Shown here: piece by piece, positions 39,875-49,770 of the stretch
Position numbering within the stretch: the stretch's first letter is position 1
How the letters are laid out: each line of letters starts with the position of its first letter
Source of the DNA: Terriglobia bacterium
Lineage (GTDB): Bacteria; Acidobacteriota; Polarisedimenticolia; Polarisedimenticolales; JAIQFR01
Direction of reading: 5' to 3'
Assembly (NCBI GenBank): GCA_963748015.1
Contig: CAVVHE010000004.1
Location: 1,568,001 to 1,632,000 of the forward strand
Length of the DNA stretch: 64,000 nt
The notes under the pieces: model-generated
The model's database searches: none
What the model was told of the DNA's origin: nothing
The model's input: only the letters and a program-made list of their open reading frames with translations
Position numbers and translations under genes: made by a program

Positions 39875-42576
39875 GTGTTCCCCGAGTAATAGTCGACTTG
39901 GATGTAGTACTCCGCGGCTTGATCCACTGCGGGCATCTCGCCGAATCGCAGGTGGAGGGTCTCGTCGACCCCGTTCCCCGTGTTCTGCGAACATCCAAGG
40001 AACCTGAACTCCCCGCCAAACCAGTCATAAGCGCAGAGCTCGTAGTCGATCCCGGGCGGAACGTCCAGGTAGACGTCGTTCACCAGGTCGGCCGGGCAAG
40101 CCGACGACTCGAGGGCCGTCGCCCGGAACCAGGTGCCGCCCATGCCTTGCCGGGTCGCGTAAGTCACCCACGAGCCGTTGTACGGGCAGATGAAGCCACA
40201 GTACTCGTCGGAAGCGTACGAGCCCACGTTTTCCGCCGCCCACCAGTCACCGGGCCCGATGTTGTTCACCTCACAGCCGTTGGCCGCGTTTCCGTCGCAG
40301 TTGGTGTAGCCTCTCGAGCAAGCCAGCATCTCGCAGCTTCCGGTTGCGCAGGACGCGTAGGCGCCCGGCCGCGAGCAAGACACTCCGCAGGCGCCGCAGT
40401 CCGACAGCGTGGCGAGCGAGGTCTCGCAGCCGTCCACCGGGTCCGAATCGCAGCTGGCCCAGAGGCTGTCGCATACGGGCTGGCAGGTCCCGCCGGCACA
40501 CGACGTCGTTCCGTGCGCGTTGGTGCACGCCGTGCCGCAGGCGCCGCAATTCGCGAGGTCGGTGGCGGTGTCGACGCAGGCGTTCGAGCAGCAATCGCCG
40601 ATCGAGCAGTCGCCGGCCGAGGCGCACGAGGTCAGGCAGGCCGACGTGGGAGTGTCGCAGAAGTAGGGCGAGCAATCGTCCGTGCCGCCATCGACGCATG
40701 CGCCGGCGCCGTTGCAGGCGTCGGCCGCGACGAGGTGCGAAGCGTCCGCACAGCTCGGCGGCGCACAAACGGTCCCCTCGGGCCACAGCGCGCAGCTCCG
40801 CTCACCCGAGCACTGGCCGGAGAGACCGCAGGTGGATTCCGGATAGGCCGGGCACTCGTCCGCGGGGTCCGTGCCGGCGGGCACCGCGGCGCACGTTCCC
40901 TCCTGGCCCGGCTGGTTGCAGCTCTCGCAGGTGTCCTCGCACCGCGAAGCGCAGCAGACTCCGTCGCTGCAGTACGTGCTCGCGCAGTCGCCGTCGACCA
41001 TGCAGGGTTGGCCGATCCCCGAGCATGGCGCGCCGACGCGGGGATTCGCCCCGGAGTCGGTCCCGAGGCTGCCGCCGCAGGCGTTCTTCGCCCGCACGAG
41101 GTAGTAGAAGTCGCCGCCGACGGGAGCCGCGTCGCTCGTGGAAGTGGCCGCCAGATCGGAAGCGATGCACAGGCCGGAGAAGAAGCTCGAGGGGCTCGTG
41201 GCTCGCAGCACGTCGTAGAGCACGCTCGTGCCGCCGGGGGCGGCCGGCGCGCGCCAGCTCAGCGAGGTCGGGAACTTTCCTTCGGCGAGCAGATCCTGCG
41301 CCGGCGTCGGGATGGCCCAGACCTCGGGGTCCAGCGGGCGACAGTCCGTCTCGTCGGGCACGCCGTCGCCGTCCGAGTCTCCCAGGGGACCAAACAGGGC
41401 GCTCGCGCCCGGGGCCGCGCCGGGTTTGCCAGGTGCCTCCCCATCGAACTCCCACGCTCCGAGGTCCACGACGGCCTCGACCCCGCCATGCCGCGCTCGC
41501 CCGGCCGCGATCCGCGCCCCGCCGCCGCGAGCCGTCGTGACCGATGGCGGTACGAGCGCGTTGGCCCCGGCGTCGATCACCGGCGAGTCGGACGCGGGGC
41601 GGAAGTCGCCGCGAGCGGCGTCCACGAAGCGTGGGTCCTCGTCGAGGTTTCCCGCCCCCCTGAACCCGCCCTCGATGTCGCTGAAGGCCACGACCGGCTC
41701 GAACCCTCCGAAGGGCGAGCCGGCAGGAACGTTGCCCCAGACGATGCCGTTGTGCACGAGCACCGCGCCGCCGTCGGTCCACAGCGCGCCGCCGGCCCGC
41801 TCGGCGACGTTGAGCGCGACGGTGGTGTTGATCAGCTCGAGGCTACCGGACTCGACGAGGGCCGCAGCGCCCCTCTCCGCCCGGTTGGTGACGAGCTCGA
41901 CGTTGATCAGCGAGGCCTCCCCTCCTCGGGTGTGGAGCGCGCCGCCCGTCCCGGCCACGTTGCCGACGAAGCTGCAGTTGACGAACACCGGGCTTCCCAT
42001 GTCGACATAGACCGCGCCGCCCGCCTCCGCGCGGTTGTCCCTCAACGTGCAACGGCTGACGGTCGGGCTGCCGGCGACGTAGATCCCGCCACCGCCCAGC
42101 GGCGCAGCGCCGCTCGCGTTCCCTCGCTCGATGACGAAGCCGTCGAGGAGGGTCTTCGGACCCACCGCCGCGTCCGCCTTCACGACGTGAAAGCTGTCGT
42201 CGTTCTCGTTGTCCGCGGCGCCGATGTTCCCGCTGAGGATCGTCGGTCGAGCCCAGGGGTCGCGGGAGCCCGAATCGGTCTCGGTTCCGGCGAATCCTCC
42301 GAGAACGGCGACTCGGTCGATCAGCCCAAAGGACGCCGAGCGATCGCTGCCCTCGGTCGGGAGATACGTGCCTTCGGCGACCCAGATCTCGTCGCCCGCG
42401 GCGGCCACCGCGAGCGCAGACTGCAGGCTGCGGTACGCGTCCTGCCAACTCGTGCCCGAGTCGGCCCCCGCCGCCCGCGCGTTGACGTGGATGACGCGCC
42501 CTCGATGCGGTGCCGTGGCGAAGGCGTAGGGCATGAGGGAAAGGAACAGAAACACTACGAGCGTGCGCGCTTTCAT
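39829..42576 (-). CDS. Secreted beta-helix (pectin-lyase-like/choice-of-anchor Q-like) protein with Cys-rich repeats
   Basis: Signal MKARTLVVFLF; GTSWQDAY.SLQ.AL, IWVAEGTY, DPRFVD, SPVIDAG, VDLGAWE; NCGACGTAC repeats. Confidence 0.85.
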   Translation of the reverse strand: MKARTLVVFLFLSLMPYAFATAPHRGRVIHVNARAAGADSGTSWQDAYRSLQSALAVAAAGDEIWVAEGTYLPTEGSDRSASFGLIDRVAVLGGFAGTETDSGSRDPWARPTILSGNIGAADNENDDSFHVVKADAAVGPKTLLDGFVIERGNASGAAPLGGGGIYVAGSPTVSRCTLRDNRAEAGGAVYVDMGSPVFVNCSFVGNVAGTGGALHTRGGEASLINVELVTNRAERGAAALVESGSLELINTTVALNVAERAGGALWTDGGAVLVHNGIVWGNVPAGSPFGGFEPVVAFSDIEGGFRGAGNLDEDPRFVDAARGDFRPASDSPVIDAGANALVPPSVTTARGGGARIAAGRARHGGVEAVVDLGAWEFDGEAPGKPGAAPGASALFGPLGDSDGDGVPDETDCRPLDPEVWAIPTPAQDLLAEGKFPTSLSWRAPAAPGGTSVLYDVLRATSPSSFFSGLCIASDLAATSTSDAAPVGGDFYYLVRAKNACGGSLGTDSGANPRVGAPCSGIGQPCMVDGDCASTYCSDGVCCASRCEDTCESCNQPGQEGTCAAVPAGTDPADECPAYPESTCGLSGQCSGERSCALWPEGTVCAPPSCADASHLVAADACNGAGACVDGGTDDCSPYFCDTPTSACLTSCASAGDCSIGDCCSNACVDTATDLANCGACGTACTNAHGTTSCAGGTCQPVCDSLWASCDSDPVDGCETSLATLSDCGACGVSCSRPGAYASCATGSCEMLACSRGYTNCDGNAANGCEVNNIGPGDWWAAENVGSYASDEYCGFICPYNGSWVTYATRQGMGGTWFRATALESSACPADLVNDVYLDVPPGIDYELCAYDWFGGEFRFLGCSQNTGNGVDETLHLRFGEMPAVDQAAEYYIQVDYYSGNTCQPFTISFRAPGGC

Positions 42577-43003
42577 GGTACGCCTCTGCGCGGGCATGAC
42601 CGCTTCATGCGGTGGCGTCCGCCGGCAACGGGGGATGGGAACTTCAAACCGCGAGTCTTCGGCCGCTTCCGGTGTGGGGTTACCGTGCCGCCCCCGCGAG
42701 CCCGCAACCCAGCACCCTGGCCGAGTCGCCTCCCCGTGCCCGGGAACGTCCGGCCCTCGCCGAAACCTCCGGACATGCCCTGGCACGCGCTGTCAGTAGG
42801 GGAACCGCGGCAGTCGCCGCGAGGTCCCTACGTTTCCTGCCTGTCGAGAGGGTACGGTCGTCGAGGCCGAGAGGCAATACTTTTCGTGGCGAACTCGCGG
42901 CGAGCGCGCGAGGATGGACCTCGTCCGGCCCGACGCAGTCCGGATCCATCGGGCGCTCGAGCGGCAGGCCGTCACCCTGCGCCCCCTGTGGTAGGTTTCC
43001 CCA

Positions 43004-43336
43004 ATGGTCTGGTACGTCTACCTGGTGCGCTGCCGAGACGGCAGCCTGTACTGCGGGGTAGCCAGGGACGTCCTTCGCAGGATCGAGGAGCACAACCACT
43101 CGACCCGCGGCTCCCGCTACACCCGCGCCCGGCGGCCGGTCGCCCTCGCCTGGAGGAAGCGACTGGCCTCGCGCAGTGCCGCCTGTCGCGAAGAGGCGCG
43201 GATCAAGTCGCTGCCCAAGAGCTCCAAGGAGGCCCTCTGCCGCGGAACCGCGGGTAGATTCCCGCGAACACCTGATCGTGTCGATGGCCCCGGGTACCGA
43301 CGTCCGACGACGAACGAAGACGGAAGCAGCGCGTGA
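43004..43336 (+). CDS. GIY-YIG nuclease (UPF0213/YhbQ-like)
   Basis: WYVYLVRCRDGSLYCG...RRIEEHN...YTRARRPV...EEARIK. Confidence 0.88.
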   Translation: MVWYVYLVRCRDGSLYCGVARDVLRRIEEHNHSTRGSRYTRARRPVALAWRKRLASRSAACREEARIKSLPKSSKEALCRGTAGRFPRTPDRVDGPGYRRPTTNEDGSSA

Positions 43337-43541
43337 ATGTCGGGCCTCGTTCCACCCCCACGGTGACAGAACTATCGGGGTCAAACCCGGAGACTGGACT
43401 CGGAGGGGCCCGATCGGGCAGGCTGGCACCGTCAACCGAGGCAGGGTCCGGAACCGGGACCGCTTCTGACGAAAAGCAGGGGGGCCCGACCTACCGAGAA
43501 TCGATACAGGTAAGAGGATGGCCTCCTCTCGGGGGGACCGC

Positions 43542-45023
43542 ATGATGCACCGGATGTTCGTGGTCGTGCCGTTGGCGCTGGCCCTGCTGGCTGCCGATCC
43601 CGCCCCCGCTGCACCGCCGGATCGCGAGGAAGCGGAGAAGGCGCGGATCGAGAAGGTGATTCGCACCTCGATCGAGTGGGCGCTCACCAAGGACAAGGAG
43701 GCGCTCTACGACTGCTTCGCGCAGGACCCGGGCTTCTTCATCTTCCACCCCGACTCGAAGAGCACGATCGTCGGCTTCGAGGCGTTCCGTGCTCTGTGCG
43801 AGCGCGTCTTCATGAACCCGAAGTTCAAGGCGATCGACTCGCGCTTCAAGGACATGCGAATCCACGTGTCCCGCTCGGGCGACGTGGCGTGGTACTCCTG
43901 CCTGCTCGACGACCATGGCGAGTGGGACGGCAAGAGGACCGGCTGGGAGGACGCGCGCTGGACGGGCGTGCTCGAGAAGCGCGGCGGACGGTGGGTCATC
44001 ACCCAGATGCACTTCTCGCTGGCCTCCGACCAGGTGGAAGCCGAGGCGAAGGGGGGCGGGAGAATCCCCGTCCTCGGCGGGCCCTACCTCGGCCAGCCTT
44101 CGCCCGGGGCCGAGGCCAAGCTCTTCGCACCCGGAGTCGTCTGCACCGGTATGAACGAGCGCGACGTGGCCATCACGCCCGACGGTCGCGAGATCTACTT
44201 CGGCGTCATGTCCCCGCAAACCACGACGATCATGGTGACGCGTCTCGAGGATGGGCGCTGGACGGAGCCCGCCGTCGCCTCGTTCGCCGCCGACCCGCGG
44301 TTCTTTCACTTCGAGCCCTCGCTGTCGTCCGACGGGAAGCGCATCGTCTTCCTCAGCACGCGGCCGACGGCGGGAGAACAGGTGAAGCCCGGCTGGAGCA
44401 ACCAGAACATCTTCGCGGCGGAGCGCAAGACGGATGGCACCTGGGGTGAGCCCCACGATCTGGGTACGCCCGTCAATACGACGGACAACGAGTTCTTCCC
44501 GTCGCTGACGCGCGACGGCACGCTCTACTACACCAAGGGGAAGCCGCGGCCAGGCGAGCTGGCCATCGTGCGCTCGCGGCTCGTCGCCGGCCGCTACCAG
44601 CCGCCCGAAACGCTGCCCGCGGCGGTGAACGGCCATGGCATGGTCTACAACGCCTTCATCGCGCCCGACGAGTCCTACCTGATCGCCACCGTGGACGGGC
44701 GCGCGGACCTGACGCCGCCGGGCCCGCGCTACATGATCTTCTTCCGAGGCCCGGACGACTCGTGGAGCGAGGGTGTGGACCTCGGCGCGCGGGCGCCCTT
44801 GCGCAACGGCAACGCCGGCTCCCCCTATGTCTCGCCCGACGGAAAGTACTTCTTCTTCGGCTCGAGCCAGATGAGCGAGACCACCGCTACCGCGCATCAG
44901 CCGCTCACCTTCCGGGCGCTTCGCGAAGCGAACGATCAACCGAGCAACGGCAACATGGACATCTACTGGATGGACGCCTCCTTCCTCGCTGGGCTGCGGC
45001 CGGTCCGGGCGACAGAACAGTGA
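43542..45023 (+). CDS. Secreted SnoaL/NTF2-like domain fused to PD40/TolB-like propeller
   Basis: RWTGVLEKRGGRWVITQMHFS, then GPYLGQ..PG...FAPG, AITPDG, PSLSSDG, PYVSPDGKY, DIYWMD. Confidence 0.82.
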   Translation: MMHRMFVVVPLALALLAADPAPAAPPDREEAEKARIEKVIRTSIEWALTKDKEALYDCFAQDPGFFIFHPDSKSTIVGFEAFRALCERVFMNPKFKAIDSRFKDMRIHVSRSGDVAWYSCLLDDHGEWDGKRTGWEDARWTGVLEKRGGRWVITQMHFSLASDQVEAEAKGGGRIPVLGGPYLGQPSPGAEAKLFAPGVVCTGMNERDVAITPDGREIYFGVMSPQTTTIMVTRLEDGRWTEPAVASFAADPRFFHFEPSLSSDGKRIVFLSTRPTAGEQVKPGWSNQNIFAAERKTDGTWGEPHDLGTPVNTTDNEFFPSLTRDGTLYYTKGKPRPGELAIVRSRLVAGRYQPPETLPAAVNGHGMVYNAFIAPDESYLIATVDGRADLTPPGPRYMIFFRGPDDSWSEGVDLGARAPLRNGNAGSPYVSPDGKYFFFGSSQMSETTATAHQPLTFRALREANDQPSNGNMDIYWMDASFLAGLRPVRATEQ

Positions 45024-45093
45024 ACCGCCCCGGATTCCACGGTGACCCGGTTTCTCGAGAGGAAAGGATCACGCCTGGAACACTGAATGAGAC

Positions 45094-45155
45094 GATTTCC
45101 CACGACGGCTCTGCCGCGCCCCGCAAGTTCCGCCTGTGGGATGGTAGCGGGGGCC
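45094..45155. repeat. att-like direct repeat, copy 1 (contains tRNA-Met 3' end)
   Basis: 55/62 identical to 53915-53976; ends in TGGTAGCGGGGGCC. Confidence 0.8.
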
Positions 45156-45450
45156 GCCATGAGCGGGTACAGGTCGAATTGAGGCACGGCGGCGGTCTCG
45201 TCGCATCCCGTCGGCGTAGGAGATTCGCCTTGACAACCCACAACGTGCGGCGTACCCATTGCGCGAGAAGGGGGAGGCCCCCGACTCGGCAGCGCGCCGA
45301 AACGCGCGACCGTGATCGCCGCCGACGCGGTTCGTCGCGCTGAGCAGCAGGGCGCGACACCTGGGCGAGCGACGCTCGACTCGGTCACGGCGGAAGCACA
45401 CATCGCGCGTCCCGCTCCGGCGCCCGGCTCGAGGGCTGACCATCGGCCTC

Positions 45451-48400
45451 GTGTCGCGGGCCGAGGCGGGGTACTTATGCGAAGAATGCGCGACCGTTTC
45501 GATCCTCGTCATTTTCATCCTGTCGCTCTGGATCCCGTCGCCCTGCCGGGCCGCCGCGCCGGGGCGCCCCGAGGGGGCGGCTTCGTTGCCGTCCCCGGCG
45601 ACCCACGGCTGGTGGGAGCAGGTGCGGCACTCGATCCAGCTGGAGGAATACGGCGCCGTCGTCTCCGACGACGCAGCGTCGGAGTACCGGGCCGCGAACC
45701 CGGCGCAGGGCTTCGACACCCGGTTCCACGCGCGCGGCCTGACCGTGAAGGGCCGGGACGCGGCCGGCTGGCAGTGGGGCCTCTCGCTGAGCGCATGGGG
45801 GCGCCCGACGCTCCGAGAGCCGTCGACCGGGGTCGTGTCTCCGCGCGCGAGAATCGGGTCGATCTGGACCGGGGCGTGCTGAGGGAGTGGTTCGTCAACC
45901 GGCCCGACGGGCTCGAGCACGGCTTCACGGTGCCGGAGCCGCCGGACGGCGATCGCGGACTGCTGGTGCTGGAACTGGCGCTCATCGGCGACCTGCGGCC
46001 GGCGTTCGCCGAGGACGGGCAGGCGGTGGACTTCTACGGCGGCGGCAGCGTCGGTGTGCTCCGGTACGGAAAGCTCGAGGTCAAGGACGCCACCGGCACG
46101 GCGTTGCCCGCACGGATGGAGCCGGGTGTCGGGGGGCTGCGGATCGTGGTGGAGGACGAGACCGCGGTCTATCCGGTCACCGTGGATCCGCTCGCCACCA
46201 CGGCGGCCTGGACCGCCACCGGCGAGGCGGAGAACGACGGATTCGGCTGTTCCGTGGCGACGGCGGGTGACGTCGACGGCGACGGCTACGCCGATGTCGT
46301 CGTCGGCGCCAGCGGCAACGACAGCTACCGCGGCAAGGCCTACCTTTACCTCGGTGGGCCCGCGGGCCTCGCCACCACGGCGGCCTGGACGGGTTCCGGT
46401 GAAGCGGCCGGCGACTACTTCGGCTCTTCCGTGGCGACGGCGGGCGACGTCAACGGCGACGGCTACGCCGATGTCGTGATCGGCGCCTACAACAACAACG
46501 GCGCCACGGGCAAGGCGTACCTCTTCCTCGGCGGGCCCGCGGGTCTGGCGACCGCGGCGGCCTGGACCGCCGCCGGTGAGGCGACGTACGACCAATTCGG
46601 CTCTTCCGTGGCGGCGGCGGGCGACGTCAACGGCGACGGCTACGCCGATGTCATCGTGGGCGCGTCCGGCAAGGCGTACCTCTACCTCGGCGGATCCGCC
46701 GGCCTGGCCACCACCGCGGCCTGGACCGCCGCCGGCGAGGTTGCCGGGGACGCCTTCGGCTCCGCCGTGGCGACGGCGGGCGACGTCAACGGCGACGGCT
46801 ACGCCGATGTCGTCGTCGGCGCGTACGCCGACAACAACGGCACGGGCAAGGCGTACCTCTACCTCGGCGGGCCCGCAGGCCTCGCCGCGACGGCGGCGTG
46901 GACCGCCACCGGGGAAGCGGGCTACACCTACTTCGGCTCCGCCGTGGCGACCGCGGGTGACGTCAACGGCGACGGCTACGCCGACGTCGTCGTAGGCGCA
47001 TGGGGCAACAACGGCGGTGTCGGCAAGGCGTACCTCTACCTCGGCGGGTCTTCCGGCCTGACCTCCACCGCGGCGTGGACCGCCTCCGGGGAAGCGTCCA
47101 ACAACTGGTTCGGCTATTCCTTGGCGACGGCGGGCGACGTCAACGGCGACGGCTACGCCGATGTTCTCATCGGGGCGCGAGGTTACGGCGGTTTTTCCGG
47201 CAAGGCGTACCTCTACCTCGGCGGGCCCGCCGGCCTGACCTCCACGGCGGCCTGGACCGTTTCCGGCGAGGGGGGAGGCAACACCTTCGGCTATTCCGTG
47301 GCGACGGCGGGCGACGTCAACGGCGACGGGTACGCCGATGTCGTCGCGGGTGCGGACACCAACAGCAGTAGCCGGGGCAAGGCCTGCCTCTACCTCGGCG
47401 GGCCCGGAGGCCTGACCGCCACGCCCGCGTGGACATCTGCCGGTGTAGCGGCAAGCGACTTCTTCGGCTATTCCGTGGCAACGGCGGGTGACGTCAATGG
47501 CGACGGCTACGCCGATGTCGTCGTCGGCGCCTACGGCAACAACAGTAACCGCGGCAAGGCGTACCTCTACCTCGGCGGACCCACGGGACTCGCCACCACG
47601 GCGGCCTGGACCGCCACCGGCGAGGCGACGAACGACGGATTCGGCCGTTCCGTGGCGACGGCGGGTGACGTCAACGGCGACGGCTACGCCGATGTCGTCG
47701 TCGGCGCCGACAGCAACAACAGTAACCGCGGCAAGGCGTACCTCTACCTCGGTGGACCCGCCGGCCTGGCCACCACGGCGGCCTGGACCGCCACCGGCGA
47801 GGCTTACGGCTACTTCGGCCACTCCCTGGCGACCGCGGGCGACGTCAACGGCGACGGCTACGCCGATGTCGTGGTTGGCGCGCACTACATCAACAACTAC
47901 CGCGGCAAGGCGTACCTCTACCTCGGCGGACTCGCCGGCCTCGGGACCACCGCGGCCTGGACCGCCACCGGGGAGGCGGATAGCGACTCGTTCGGCTATT
48001 CCGTGGCGACGGCGGGCGACGTCAACGGCGACGGCTACGCCGATGTTCTCATCGGGGCGCGAGGTTACAGCAGTTCTTCCGGCAAGGCGTACCTCTACCT
48101 CGGCGGGCCCGCCGGCCTCGCCACCGCAGCGACTTGGACCGCCACCGGGGGGGCCAACTACGACTACTTCGGCTATTCCGTGGCGACCGCGGGTGACGTC
48201 AACGGCGACGGCTACGCCGACGTCGTCATCGGCGCACCTTACAACAACAGTTCTACCGGCAGGGCGTACGTCTACCTTGGCGGATCCGCTGGCCTGGCCG
48301 CCACCGCTGCCTGGACCGCTACCGGCCAGGCGGCGCAAGGACGATTCGGCAGCTGCGTGGCGACGACGGGTGACGTCAACGGCGATGGCTACGCCGATGT

Positions 48401-49321
48401 CATCGTGTATGGAAACGCCACGGACAATTCCGACAGCAAGGCGTACGTCTTCATCGGTGGAGCCGGCGGCCTCGGCACGAGCGCGGCCTGGGTCGCCGTG
48501 TATCGAGGGGGGATGGCGCTTCCGCCGCGACGGCGGGTGACGTCAACGGCGACGGCTACGCCGACGTCATCGTCGGCGCGCCCTGGGGCGCCAGTTCGTA
48601 CGGAGAAGCGTACCTCTACCTCGGCGGCGGCGGCGCCGGTGTCCCTCTGAAACCGCGCCAGCTCCGCGCGGACTTGTCGGCTCCGATTGCTCCCGGGGGG
48701 CTGGCGTATGAGCTGGCATTCCGCCTGGGGCTGACCGTCAGGAGCCCTGCGGGCGTCGTGAGCGGCAAGCTGCAATGGCAGCTGCGACCGTGGGGCGGGC
48801 CCTTCACCCCGGCGCTATCTCCGATCCAGTCGGACACGTCCTGGTATCCGTTCGCCACCGACGTCACGAAGCTCCTCGCCCTTCCCGAGGACAACCGGCG
48901 CTACATCTGGCGCGCGCGCGTCCGGTACAACCCGGGCCAGTCGCCGTTCGTGGGCTGGAGCCGCTGGGTGACGCTGGGCGGCAACGGATTGTACGAGGCC
49001 GACCTGCTCAGCACCTCGCGGCACGCGTGCGTGCTGCCGGACCAAGCGGTCCACATCGTCGGCGCCCGGCGCGATGCGAGCAACCGGGTGATCCTCGACG
49101 TCGAGGACCCGAATCAGGCGAACCAGGTCACGGGGTACGACGTGTACCGATCCTCGAGCGCCGACGCTCCCTGGCCCTGGCCGCTCGTCGCCACGAACGT
49201 CAGCGACATGGACGCGGGGACGCCGAACGTCCAGTGGGTGGACGCGTCGGGAGATGCCGGCACCTGGTACTACCAGGTGAGCGCGTACAACGCCTACTGC
49301 AGCGCGGAGGGGCCAAGGTAG
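45451..49321 (+). CDS. Secreted FG-GAP (integrin-alpha-like) repeat protein, 14 repeats; frameshifts near 45820 and 48520, start uncertain
   Basis: Signal peptide; EWFVNRPDGLEHGF; 14x FG.SVATAGDVNGDGYADV.VGA...GKAYLYLG; frame continues into ORF 48674-49321. Confidence 0.8.
46196..48630 (+). repeat. Tandem coding repeats, about 177-bp period
   Basis: Near-identical GACGTCAACGGCGACGGCTACGCCGATGTC and GGCAAGGCGTACCTCTACCTCGGC recur in most units. Confidence 0.9.
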
Positions 49322-49397
49322 CGGGCGCCGGACGAGACACGGCGGGCGGCCGGGCCACGCTTCCCTCTGCCGGAGCGTAGGAGTTCGTCTTTGGAGT

Positions 49398-49412
49398 TGG
49401 TAGCGGGGGCCC
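49398..49412. repeat. att-like core, copy 2 (tRNA-Met 3' end)
   Basis: TGGTAGCGGGGGCCC, same core as at 45142 and 53963. Confidence 0.7.
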
Positions 49413-49578
49413 GCTACGAACGGGGACCGACAGAAACAAGGCCTGTGGCTCGGTTCGCGACGAAGCCTCGACCTACGAGGCTCTTGGCCCAGTCCCCCCT
49501 GGGCCCCTTGGGGGCCACCGTTCTCGTCCCTGTCCGGGGGCCCAAGGGTGTCCACCCGAAACGGGGGTCAGACCAGTC

Positions 49579-49746
49579 ACGGCCAGCAACTCCCGCGACC
49601 ACACGATCTTCTCGATGGCTCTCGGCACGGGCCTGCGGCTGGGGGAGCTGGTCGGCCTGAACGTCGGCGACGTCTGCTCGTTCGAGCGAACGCCCTGAGT
49701 CCGTGATCGCATCTGCCCCGAGCCTGCGATAGGCGGTAGCGGGGAC
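49579..49746 (+). pseudogene. Tyrosine recombinase fragment A
   Basis: TASNSRDHTIFSMALGTGLRLGELVGLNVGDV (box I), in-frame TGA at 49696, no start codon. Confidence 0.85.
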
Positions 49747-49770
49747 TGTCCAGAGATGCTCTGGCAGGAC

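Noticed and set aside
46196..48630. Regular repeats with variable intervals resembling a CRISPR array
   Set aside because: The period is about 177 bp, in frame and encoding FG-GAP blades, and no cas genes are present.
43377..49575. Short GGGGTCA[AG]ACC motifs at 43377 and 49564 as a REP family
   Set aside because: Only two short, unpaired copies were seen, too little to separate from chance.
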